In this document: positions 27,682 through 37,497 of the stretch, in pieces | Layout: every line of letters starts with the position of its first letter | How positions within the stretch are numbered: position 1 is the first letter of the stretch | Assembly: GCA_965204735.1 (NCBI GenBank) | Contig: OZ242008.1 | Span: 1,280,001 to 1,344,000, forward strand | Direction: 5' to 3' | Length of the DNA: 64,000 nucleotides | Source of the DNA: Longimicrobiales bacterium | GTDB lineage: Bacteria > Gemmatimonadota > Gemmatimonadetes > Longimicrobiales > Gaopeijiaceae | Made by a program: the position numbers and the translations under genes | The notes under the pieces: generated by a model | What the model was told of the DNA's origin: nothing | Seen by the model: only the letters and a program-made list of their open reading frames with translations | Database searches by the model: none

Positions 27682-29199
27682 ATGACGCAGCCGACAGCCG
27701 GCCCTCCGACCGCCGGGGCGGGGTTGGCTCGGCGCCTGGGGGTCGCGGGACTGGCGGCCACCGGCATCTGCGCGATGCTGGGCGCCGCCGTCAACATCGT
27801 GCCGATCATGCTGCAGCGGAACGTGCCGGGGATCGGCCCCTACGTCCTCCCGGCCTACGTCTTGGGGGCGCTTCCGGCGGCGCTGGCCGCGCTTGCCTAC
27901 GCCAGCTTGGCCTCGGCGATGCCCCGGGCGGGCGGCAGCTACGTGTACGTCAGCCGTTCCCTGAGTCCCTACTGGGGCTTCGCGGCCAGCTTCTCCCAGT
28001 GGTTCGGCCTCTCGATCGCCATCGGCGTGGTGTCCTACGTGCTCGTCCCCTTCCTCCGGGACATCGCCGCCGCCCTGGAGTGGTCCGCCACGGCCGAGGC
28101 GCTGGACCGGGGGCCGGTCCGCGTGGGGGTCGCCCTGACCTTCCTGTGGACGTTCGTCCTGGTCAACCTGCGGGGCCTCGGCGCGTACCAGTGGACCCTG
28201 CTGCCGATGATGTTCCTCATGTTCGCCCTGGGCAGCGTCGCCATCGTGGCGGGGTTCGCCCACGACCACGGCGACTTCGCGGCGGCCCTCATGGCGGCGG
28301 AAGGGAGGACGGTCCCGCCGACTCCCGAGGCGCCGCTGCGTCCGGGCGCGTTCCTCGCGGCTTCGGCGCTCCTCTTCTCCAGCTTCATCGGCTTCGACTC
28401 CATCGCCCAGGCAGGAGGCGAGGCGAAGCGCCCGCACCGGAACCTGCCTCTGGCCGTCGCCCTTGCCGTGGTGACGGTGGGGACCTTCTACCTGCTCTTC
28501 ACCTCCGCCGTCTACCACGCCGTCCCGTGGAGCTTCGTCGCCGAGGAAGCCCAGCGGCGCGACCTGACGGCGCCCGGCCTGCTGGGGTATCTGCTGCCGA
28601 CGGGCTGGACGCTGGCGATCGTGGGCGGAGCGGCGGTGGCCCTGGTGAACGACTTGCCCGCCATGCTGCTGGCGGTCTCCCGGCTGGTCTTCGCGTGGGC
28701 CGAAGACGGGATCTTCCCCAAGAAGGCGGCCGCGGTCCATCCGCGCCGACGGACTCCCCACGTCGCCCTGGTCGCCAGCGGCGTCATGGCATCGGCAGGG
28801 ATTCTGGGAAGCGCCTTCGCGGGCGACTTCTTCCTGGGGATCGACATCCTGGTCACGTCGATGCTGGTGAACTTCGCCCTCGTGTGCCTCTCGCTGCTGA
28901 CGCTGCACCGCCGCAACACGGCCCTGGCCGCCCGGATCAGGGTGCTCGCGAAGCCGTGGCTTCGGAGCGTCGCGGGCATCGCCGGCGTGGTCGTCATGGT
29001 CGGGTTCCTGGCGGTCCACGTCTGGAAGGACCTCTCGGCCTCGGTGGACGCGTGGTACTTCCACTCCACGCCGGTGTGGCTGGCGGTCATGGCCCTGGCG
29101 TCGGCGATCTACTTCTGGGAGACGGCCGCGCTTCGCCGGAGGGGCGGCGAGATGGATCGGCTCTTCCGGGCGCTGCCGCCCGAGCGCCCCGGAGCGTAG
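27682..29199 (+). CDS. APC family amino acid permease
   Basis: LASAMPRAGGSYVY, FIGFDSIAQAGGEAKRP and SRLVFAWAEDG.FP...TPH; about 12 TM helices. Confidence 0.92.
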   Translation: MTQPTAGPPTAGAGLARRLGVAGLAATGICAMLGAAVNIVPIMLQRNVPGIGPYVLPAYVLGALPAALAALAYASLASAMPRAGGSYVYVSRSLSPYWGFAASFSQWFGLSIAIGVVSYVLVPFLRDIAAALEWSATAEALDRGPVRVGVALTFLWTFVLVNLRGLGAYQWTLLPMMFLMFALGSVAIVAGFAHDHGDFAAALMAAEGRTVPPTPEAPLRPGAFLAASALLFSSFIGFDSIAQAGGEAKRPHRNLPLAVALAVVTVGTFYLLFTSAVYHAVPWSFVAEEAQRRDLTAPGLLGYLLPTGWTLAIVGGAAVALVNDLPAMLLAVSRLVFAWAEDGIFPKKAAAVHPRRRTPHVALVASGVMASAGILGSAFAGDFFLGIDILVTSMLVNFALVCLSLLTLHRRNTALAARIRVLAKPWLRSVAGIAGVVVMVGFLAVHVWKDLSASVDAWYFHSTPVWLAVMALASAIYFWETAALRRRGGEMDRLFRALPPERPGA

Positions 29200-30774
29200 T
29201 TGACGTCGGCGACGCTCGAGCGAGCGCGGCTCGCCCGAGGGCTGGAGGTGCCCCGGGTCGTGGTGGGCCTCTGGCAGGTGGCCGACCAGGAGCGGCTCCT
29301 GGGAGCTCCTCTCGACCCGGAAGCGGGTGCCCGGGCAATGGCCGAACACGCCCAGGCGGGCCTTGCCGCCTTCGACATGGCGGACCACTACGGCTCGGCG
29401 GAAGTCGTGGCCGGCGCCCTGGTCCGGCGGCTGGCGGCGGTCCCGGCGACGGCGCCCCGACTCCAACTCCTCACCAAGTGGGTGCCCGCCCCCGGTCCCG
29501 TCACCCCGCAGATGGCGGGCGACGCCGTGGACCGCGCCCGGGAGCGGATGGGCGTGGACGCCGTCGACCTCCTCCAGTACCACCCGTGGAGCTACGCCGA
29601 TCCCGGCTGGCTGGACGCCCTCTTCCACCTCGCCGAGCAGCGGGAGCGCGGCGCGGTCCGCCACCTGGGCCTCGTCAACTGCGACGCCGTCCACCTGGAC
29701 ATGGCGGTCCGAAGCGGCGTGCCCGTCGCGACCAACCAAGTGTGCTGCTCGCTGCTGGACCGGCGGGCGCTGGGCGCCATGAGCCGCGTCTGCCGCGCCC
29801 ACGACGTCAAGCTGCTGGCCTACGGCGCCTTGGCGGGCGGCTTCCTGACGCGACGGTGGCTGGGGCGTCCGGCGCCGACGGCGGGCCTGGCCCGGACCTG
29901 GTCCCAGATGAAGTACCTGCGCTTCGTCCAGGAAGCAGGCGGATGGGACCGTCTGCAGGAAGTGCTACGGGCGCTGGCCCGCGTCGCCGACCGGCTGGGC
30001 GCGTCCATGGCCAACGCGGCCTGCCGCTGGGCGCTGGACCAGCCAGCGGTGGCGGCGGTGATCGTCGGTGCGCGGCTGGGCGAGCGTTCCCACGTGCAGG
30101 ACAACCTGCGGCTCTTCGGCCTCTCCCTGGACGACGAAGCCCGGGCCGAGCTGGACGAGGCGGCGAACCAGCTGGACGCCATCCCCGGCGACTGCGGCGA
30201 CGAGTACCGAAGGCCGCCCTTCCTGACCGCCTCGGGCGACTTGAGCCATCACTTGGACGGCCCGTTGCCGGCGCCGTACCCGGTGGCGTGGCGAGCAGGC
30301 GGCCCCGCAGGGAAGATCGGTCCCGACGCCGGCGCAGCGACCGACGCCGCCGACGCAGCGCGGGAGGCGCCGCTGCCGGACGGGCGCGTCTCCAGCGGCA
30401 CAGCCTGGGAACGGATGGCGGGCTACTGCCGCGCGGTCAGGCGAGGCGACCGGATCTGGGTGTCCGGCACCACCGCCAGCCACCGCGACCGGCGGATCGG
30501 CGGGGACGACGCCGCTGCCCAGACTCACTTCGTGATCGACAAGATCGAAGGGGCGCTCCACTCCCTGGGCGCCGGCCTGCAAGACGTGGTCCGGACTCGG
30601 GCCTACGTTCCCGACGAGGCCGACTGGGAGGCCGTGGCCCGGGCCCACGGGGCGCGCTTTGGCTCGATCATGCCCGCCAACACGCTGGTCCGGGCGGGGC
30701 TGGTCGGAGAAGGGCTCCTGGTCGAGATCGAGGCCGAGGCGGTCGTGGACCCGGCTCGCGGGCGGCAGCCGTGA
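29200..30774 (+). CDS. Aldo/keto reductase fused to a C-terminal Rid (YjgF/UK114) domain
   Basis: FDMADHYGSAE, LTKW, DLLQYH and LAYGALAGG, then WERMAGYCRAVR..VSGTTA..DVVRTR..LVEIEAEA. Confidence 0.88.
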   Translation: MTSATLERARLARGLEVPRVVVGLWQVADQERLLGAPLDPEAGARAMAEHAQAGLAAFDMADHYGSAEVVAGALVRRLAAVPATAPRLQLLTKWVPAPGPVTPQMAGDAVDRARERMGVDAVDLLQYHPWSYADPGWLDALFHLAEQRERGAVRHLGLVNCDAVHLDMAVRSGVPVATNQVCCSLLDRRALGAMSRVCRAHDVKLLAYGALAGGFLTRRWLGRPAPTAGLARTWSQMKYLRFVQEAGGWDRLQEVLRALARVADRLGASMANAACRWALDQPAVAAVIVGARLGERSHVQDNLRLFGLSLDDEARAELDEAANQLDAIPGDCGDEYRRPPFLTASGDLSHHLDGPLPAPYPVAWRAGGPAGKIGPDAGAATDAADAAREAPLPDGRVSSGTAWERMAGYCRAVRRGDRIWVSGTTASHRDRRIGGDDAAAQTHFVIDKIEGALHSLGAGLQDVVRTRAYVPDEADWEAVARAHGARFGSIMPANTLVRAGLVGEGLLVEIEAEAVVDPARGRQP

Positions 30775-31412
30775 AGGTCGTCCTCTTCGACCTGCTCTCG
30801 GCGCTGATCGACTCCTGGTCCCTGTGGGACGAGATCGCCGGCGGCAAGGAGCGCGGGCGGGCATGGCGCATGGACTACCTGCGTCGCACGTACGCCACGG
30901 GCGCCTACGTGCCGTACCTGGAGCTCGTGGGCGCGTCGGCGGAAGCGACCGGGCTCTCTCGGAGGTGCGCGGACGAACTGGAAGCCCGGTGGGGCGAGCT
31001 GCGGCCGTGGCCCGAAGCCGAGCGAGTGCTCGACGAGCTTGCGGCGACGGTTGCCGTGGGGGTGGCGACCAACTGCTCCCAGGCCCTGGGCCGCCGCGCC
31101 GCCGAGATGGTCGGAGCGCCGCCGGCCGCCGTGGTGACCGCCGAGTCCGCCGGGTGCTACAAGCCGTGCCGCCGCATCTACGCCGCCGGCGCGAAGGCCC
31201 TGGGCGCCTGCCCGCAAGACGTGCTCTTCGTGGCAGGGTCGCCGTTCGACGTTCGCGGAGCCGCGGGCGCGGGGATGCGCGTCGCCTGGCACAACCGCGC
31301 GGGCCTGGTGGACGAAGCGGCGGAAGAGCAGGCCTTGGCGGTCTTGCCCGACCTGTCGGAGTTGGCCAACCTTGGCCCCTTGGCCTTGAACGAAGGGAGG
31401 AGCCGTGGCTGA
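30771..31412 (+). CDS. HAD superfamily hydrolase
   Basis: VLFDLLSALIDS, VATN, YKP...Y and FVAGSPFDV.GA..AGM. Confidence 0.85.
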   Translation: MKVVLFDLLSALIDSWSLWDEIAGGKERGRAWRMDYLRRTYATGAYVPYLELVGASAEATGLSRRCADELEARWGELRPWPEAERVLDELAATVAVGVATNCSQALGRRAAEMVGAPPAAVVTAESAGCYKPCRRIYAAGAKALGACPQDVLFVAGSPFDVRGAAGAGMRVAWHNRAGLVDEAAEEQALAVLPDLSELANLGPLALNEGRSRG

Positions 31413-32181
31413 CCGCAGAGCCGTTCCGATCCTGCTGGCCGGGCTCTCGCTGGCCGGAAGTCCGCTGGCCGCCGCTCCCCCGCCGGCCGCATCCCAGGAA
31501 GTTGCGGGCGAAGAAGGCTCCGCCGAGTCCGCTCGGTCGTGGAAGGTGGGGGTGTGGGTCCAGGCCGGCTATCAGCGCCCGTCGGGCAAGTTCGCCGGGA
31601 ACTCGGCGTCCGACGTGCCCAGGCTCGGGATCGTGGAGACGGTGGCGGAGCTGACAGCGTCGCCGGTGGCCGGCGGCGGCCTGGAGGTGTTCTGGCCGTC
31701 GTCCGACGTCGGCGTGCGGATCGGGTGGGAGACCACCATGGGCGCCGAAGCCGTGGGGCAGATATCCGTCTGCCGCCTCGTGGAGGGGACCCTCTGCCGG
31801 AAGGAAACGGCCCCGGTGGACCTCCGGGGGCTCACTGCCCAGCTGCGGTTGCTCCGCGGCAACCCGGAGCGGTCCCTGCGGGGCGTGATCAGCGGCGGCT
31901 TCGGAGTGCGCCAGTACTCCTTCGCCGTTCCCTCTTGCTCCGACAGGCCGGGGAGCGACGCCAGGATCGTGTGCGACGCGATCACGGACATATACCAAAA
32001 CGCCGGGTCGCACTTCGTCGTTCGCGGCGGCGTCGGAGTGCAGGGACGGGCGAGCCGCCTCCTCACCGAGCTGACGGCCAGCGCGGGGATGGGGCGGTAC
32101 AACGGCGGCGGCGACCGAACCAACGGCAACTGGTACCTGGACCTGCGCCTCGAGCTGTCGGCGGGCGTCGGCGTTCTGTGA
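31405..32181 (+). CDS. Exported hypothetical protein, probable small outer-membrane beta-barrel
   Basis: Signal peptide, alternating beta-strand pattern, two Cys pairs in loops. Confidence 0.55.
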   Translation: MADRRAVPILLAGLSLAGSPLAAAPPPAASQEVAGEEGSAESARSWKVGVWVQAGYQRPSGKFAGNSASDVPRLGIVETVAELTASPVAGGGLEVFWPSSDVGVRIGWETTMGAEAVGQISVCRLVEGTLCRKETAPVDLRGLTAQLRLLRGNPERSLRGVISGGFGVRQYSFAVPSCSDRPGSDARIVCDAITDIYQNAGSHFVVRGGVGVQGRASRLLTELTASAGMGRYNGGGDRTNGNWYLDLRLELSAGVGVL

Positions 32182-34070
32182 CCGCCGGGGCGGGAGTGGG
32201 CGTCCTGCCGTTGCTGGCGGTCGGGGTCCTGCAGAGCGGCTCCGATCCCTACGACCGGGGACGAGCCCTCGTCGAGAACGGCGAGCCGGCGCGCGCCCTC
32301 CAGTACTGGGTGGCCGTGCGCGACAGCTTGACCGCGGCGGGCGCCCAGGACCCGCGCATCGCCACGGCCTTCGTCGCGACGGTGGCCGGCGAGCGCGCCC
32401 TGGGCGCCTACCACGAGATCGCGCCGCTCATGTTCTACTGGGGCTTCGACGCCCGGGCTCCCGGCGACGGAGCGCGGGAAGAGGTCCTGGCCGAAGGCGC
32501 GCGCACCTTCGCCCTCGCCGGCGACGCCGTTGCCGACCACTGGGCCGAGAAGGGCGCCGCCGACCCGGCGGCGCTGGCGGTGGCGATCAAGCAGTTCTGG
32601 ATCGAAGCGGACCCGACGCCGACGACGCCCGAGAACGAGCGGCTCATGGAGCACTGGTCGCGGATCGTCCACGCCCGCCGCAACTACGTCTACAACCGCA
32701 GCTCGCCCTACGAGACCGACGATCGGGGACTCTTCTACGTGAAGTACGGCGAACCCGACCGGATCGCCCGGGGGGTGCTTGGGATCAACGGCGCCGAGCG
32801 GCGGGAGTGGAGGATCGACTCTGACTTCGAGTCCCGCTTCGACGTCCAGCCCCAGTACGAGATATGGCGCTACGCCCGGCCCCTGCAACGGGGCGAGTTC
32901 ACCTACTTCCTCTTCGGCAACACCGACGGCACCGGCCCGTTCCAGCTCGTGTCCGGCCTGCACGAGATCATCCCCACCACCGCCCGCACCTCGCCCCTGG
33001 CGCGCCACGCCGGCGTTCGTGCGTGGTACTATCTGGAGTACTTCTACTACCAGGACATGGCCAGGATGGGCGGACCCTTCGGACGCCGCTTCGACGAGCT
33101 GGACCAGCTGTGGAACCGCCCCCGGGCGGGCCGCCTGGTCGAGGGCACGCTGGAGGCCGTCTCCCAGCGCTACCTCCAGGACGACGTGACGGCGCACCGC
33201 CGCCCCCGCCCGCCGTCGTGGTCGGACGTCGCCGACGCGCCCCGGAGCGCCCTCTCCGCGCAGACGGCCCGCACTTTGGACGGGAACGAGCCGCGCCTGC
33301 TCGTGCTGGCGGTCTCGTCTCCGCTGTGGAGGCCCGGCGTGGACGACCCCGGCGACCAAGGGCTGGCGCTGGCGGCCTACGCCGCCCGCCACACGGCGAT
33401 CGCCCGGGACCACCGCATGCACGAGCTCGGGCGGGCGGGCCTGGTCCCGGCCGACCGCCGCCAGCACGTCTCCAGCGTGGTGCTGAGGCACGCCCGCGAA
33501 GTCGGACACGTGACGGTCGCCGCCCAGCACGATGTCGAGTACGACCGCTTCGACGACGCCGACCGGCCGCGGGTCTACCCCGGCGCCGCCTACTTCGAGA
33601 TCGGCCCCCCGCTGGCGCGCCGCCCCGGCGAGATGGAGGTCAGCGACTTGGTGGTGGGGATCGCTCCCCCGCCCGAGTTCCCTCTGGAGGACGCGCCCGT
33701 GCCCCTTCTTCCCGCCACCCAGTTCTGGCGGGAGGACCTGCTGCGGGTGTACTTCGAGCTCTACCGCGACGCCGACACCCCGCCCGACGACGCCGGCGAC
33801 TTCGAGGTGCGCGTGCAGGTCGTCCCTCTGAACATCGGCGCGCCTGCGGCCGGCGATCCGCCGGGGCGGACGCCGCCCCGCCCCCGAACCGAGGCGCAGG
33901 CCACCGTGGAGGTGAGCGTGGAGTCGCCGGGGCCGACTGGACAGCACTTTTTCGACCTGGATCTGCGCAACGAACGGCCCGGCGTGCTGCGGATCGTCCT
34001 GGAAGTGACGGACCAGGAAACGGGCGCCGCCCGAACCCGGGCGACCGCCGTCCGCCTGCTGGAGCGCTGA
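32178..34070 (+). CDS. GWxTD-like domain protein
   Basis: FWIEADPTPTTPENERLMEHWSRIVHA...TDDRG.FYVKYGEPD...EIWRY. Confidence 0.75.
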   Translation: MTAGAGVGVLPLLAVGVLQSGSDPYDRGRALVENGEPARALQYWVAVRDSLTAAGAQDPRIATAFVATVAGERALGAYHEIAPLMFYWGFDARAPGDGAREEVLAEGARTFALAGDAVADHWAEKGAADPAALAVAIKQFWIEADPTPTTPENERLMEHWSRIVHARRNYVYNRSSPYETDDRGLFYVKYGEPDRIARGVLGINGAERREWRIDSDFESRFDVQPQYEIWRYARPLQRGEFTYFLFGNTDGTGPFQLVSGLHEIIPTTARTSPLARHAGVRAWYYLEYFYYQDMARMGGPFGRRFDELDQLWNRPRAGRLVEGTLEAVSQRYLQDDVTAHRRPRPPSWSDVADAPRSALSAQTARTLDGNEPRLLVLAVSSPLWRPGVDDPGDQGLALAAYAARHTAIARDHRMHELGRAGLVPADRRQHVSSVVLRHAREVGHVTVAAQHDVEYDRFDDADRPRVYPGAAYFEIGPPLARRPGEMEVSDLVVGIAPPPEFPLEDAPVPLLPATQFWREDLLRVYFELYRDADTPPDDAGDFEVRVQVVPLNIGAPAAGDPPGRTPPRPRTEAQATVEVSVESPGPTGQHFFDLDLRNERPGVLRIVLEVTDQETGAARTRATAVRLLER

Positions 34071-34255
34071 TCGACCGACCGCTGGCCGGCTGAGCGACCG
34101 CCAACCGACCGCCCGGCAGGCTCGGGCCCGGCCCCTTCGCTTGCGCTCCCCGTCACCCCTCCCCACTATGTTGCCCAGCCGGGATGTCGTGCCCCGGCGG
34201 CCCTGGGCCCAAGGTTCCGGGTCACCCCGTGAGAACTCCGAAACAGGAGACAGCG

Positions 34256-37200
34256 ATGAAGAAACCGACACCGAACTGGAAGTCCGGGAAGAGGGGGGGG
34301 GGCTCGCGCTCCTCCTGACCTTCCTGTTCGCCGCCACGCCTGCGGCGAGCCAGACCGGGACCATCACCGGCGTCGTCAGGGACGTGGCGACGGGACAGAC
34401 CCTCGAGTCTGCCCTAGTCCGCCTCGACGGGGCCGAATCGGGCGTTCTCACCAACCAGGACGGCCGCTACCTCGTCATCGGGGTCTCCGCCGGAAGCCAC
34501 GAGCTCACCGTCACCGTGATCGGCTACGGCGAGGAGACGGTCTCCACCAACGTCGTGGCCGGCGAGACGACCGTCCTCGACGTGGAGCTCACCGGACAGG
34601 CGATCCGAATGCAGGACCTGGTGGTCACGGGGGTCGCCCGCGCCACGCCTCGTGTGAAGCTTCCGTTCACCGTGGAGAAGGTCGACGTGGCGTCTGCGCC
34701 TGTGACCGCCGTCTCCGCCGAGTCTTTCCTCGTCGGCAAGGTGCCGGGGGTGAAGGTAGTGCGGGGCTCGGGCCAGCCCGGGACCACGGGCGACATCCTG
34801 CTCCGGGCCGCCACTTCGATCACCGGCGACCAGTCTCCGCTGGTCATCATCGACGGGGTGATCAGCAACACGGCGTTCGACGACCTCTCGTCGCTGGACA
34901 TCGAATCCATAGAGGTGGTGAAGGGCGCGGCAGGAGCTTCGCTGTACGGCTCCCGAGCCGCCAACGGCGTGGTCCAGATCCGCACCAAGCGGGGCTCCGG
35001 CTTCGGCGGACGCGACTACAGCCGGATCATCGTGACCAACGACGTCGGCCAGGACCGGATGTACGGCAGGATCGCGCTCTCGCAGAACCATCCGTGGAAG
35101 CTCGACGCCAGCGGGAACCTGATCGACGTGGCAGGAAACGTGATCTCGGACATCACGGACCCGGACGTCAACAACCCGGACCTGAACGGCGAGTCCGTCC
35201 ACACGTCGTTCCAGGACGGAGCATGGCCCAGTCAGTATCCGGCCTACGACCAGCTGGAACGCATCTTCTCGCCCGGGTCCTTCATGACCAATGCGGCGGC
35301 GACTGAGGGACGGAACGGGTCCACCAACTATCGGGCGTCGTTCTCTCGGAACGTGCAGACCGGGGTCCTGCCCGACTTCCACGACGGATTCGGGCGCAAG
35401 GCGTTTCGCCTCAACGTGGACCACGAGGTCCGGAACAACCTGAACGTCTCCTTGAGCACCGCCTACAGCCAACGCAACCGCGAAGACTTCTGGGACACGC
35501 CCTGGTACGAGATCACCTTCATGCCGCCTTACGTGGACCTTCTGGCGCGCGACCCGTCGTCGATCGGGAAGCGGCACTGTCCGCCCCAGGGCTGCTTGTA
35601 CGTGCATCCGGACCCCATCAACAGCGGCAACGTGGACAACCCCTTGTACAACCTGGAGCTGATCGACTACAAGGACAGGCTCCAGACGATCACGGCCAGC
35701 GCCAACATCCGCTGGACTCCGCTCGCGTGGATGGACATTGAAGGCCTGATCGGGATGGACCGCAACAGCCGGGCCGAGACGAACGTCATTCCTGCCGGAC
35801 TGGAGCAGATCACCGCCGATCCTCGGCTGGGCTACTACAGCAAGTTCCAGGACCACGACCAGGACGTCAACGCCGAAGTCACGCTCTCGGTGAACAAGGC
35901 GTTTGGGGACTTGGCCACCCGCACACGGGTGCGGTACTCGCAGGAGAATAGCGCGTACGACCAATTCCGCGGGGAGGGAGAGGACTTCCTGGCGGCGGAC
36001 ATCCCGCGCCTCAACAACCTGGACCCGGAGACCCACTCCGCGGATTCGTGGATGAGCGAGGTCGTTGCCGAGAACTACTACCTGATCTCGGCGCTGGACT
36101 ACAAGGGCAAGTACATCCTCGACGGCATGGTGCGCCGCGACGGCTCCAGCCTCTTCGGCGAAAACGAGCGCTGGCACACGTACGGCCGCGGTTCGGCGGC
36201 GTGGAGGCTGTCCCAGGAAAGCTGGTGGCCCTTCGACGACGTGAACGAGTTCAAGCTGCGCTACTCCCTCGGCAGTGCGGGCAGGCGACCCTACTTCTGG
36301 GCGCAGTACGAGACTTACAGCGTGTCCGGGGGCACGATCACTCCCGTGACGTTGGGCAACAAGGACTTGCGCCCCCAGAAGACTCTCGAGGCCGAGTACG
36401 GCCTCGAAATGGTGCTCTTCAATCGGGTCAACATGGGCGTCACCTACGCCGACGTGGTGTCGAGCGACCAGATCCTCAGCGTGCCCCTTCCCAAGGCCGG
36501 CGGCTTCACTTCGCAGTGGCAGAACGCCGGAACTCTCGAATCCAGCACGTTGGAAGGCTTCTTGGAGGCTCCGATCATCGAGACGGAGAACATGGGGTGG
36601 AGCGTCCGGGTGAACGTGGACCGGACCCGCCAGCAGATTACGGAGCTGAACCGGCCCCCCTACCGGCAGGCGTTCTTCTACTACCGCGAGGGCGAGGTGT
36701 TCGGGGCGTTCTACGGCGCCAAGTGGGCGCGGACCTGCGCCGAGCTGCCGGCGGGCGCGCCTTGCGACCAGTTCCAGGTCAACGACGACGGTCTGCTGGT
36801 CTGGACCGGGTCGTCCAACTACACGGACGGCATCTCGTCCGGCCTTTGGGGCACCAACAGCGCCGGCCAGACGGGCGACGACGTCTTCGGGTGGGGACAG
36901 CCGGTCCGCGTGTTCGGAGAGTGCGAGACGCGGCGACAGGGCGGCCCGGGGTGCAAGGACTTCCTCTACATGGGGAATACGACCCCCGACGTCAACGTCA
37001 GCCTGATGAACAACTTCCGTTGGAAGGGGCTCAACCTCTACGTGCTGCTCGACGGCGAGTTCGGCGCCGACATCTACAACCGGACCCGGCAGTGGGCCTA
37101 CCGGGACAACCGGTCCGGAGACCAGGACCAGGCCGGCAAGGCCGAAGGCATGAAGAAGCCCGTGTCCTACTACCAGACGCTCTACAACACGAACGCCGTC

Positions 37201-37497
37201 AACGACTGGTTCGTGGAAGAGGGGTCGTTCGTGAAGGTGCGCGAAGTGTCCGTGCGGTATTCGGTCAACCCCGATTGGCTGGACTCCTTCTTCGGAGGCC
37301 GCGTCACTGGGGTCGACGTCAACCTGATCGGCCGCAACTTGTTCACCTTCACCAACTACCGGGGATACGATCCCGAGGTGGGCACCAGCGACGCCAACAA
37401 CGGCAACAACGGCGGTTCGGACGTGATCGGTCGCATCGACAACTACGCTTACCCGAACTTCCGCAACTTCAGCGCCAGCTTGGAGGTGATCTTCTGA
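34256..37497 (+). CDS. SusC/RagA family TonB-dependent receptor, frameshifted in a G10 tract within the signal peptide
   Basis: AGGAG RBS plus ATG 34256 in a different frame from the main ORF. CarboxypepD_reg N-terminus, plug PLVIIDG..DIESIEVVKGAAGASLYGSRAANGV, RRDGSS.FG, YDPE, C-terminal F. Confidence 0.9.
34293..34302. repeat. Homopolymeric G10 tract
   Basis: AAGA-GGGGGGGGGG-CTCGCG. Confidence 0.95.

Noticed and set aside
34141..34255. TTG start for SusC given by the ORF track
   Set aside because: Gives an acidic, non-signal N-terminus with no RBS. ATG 34256 has AGGAG and a basic n-region.
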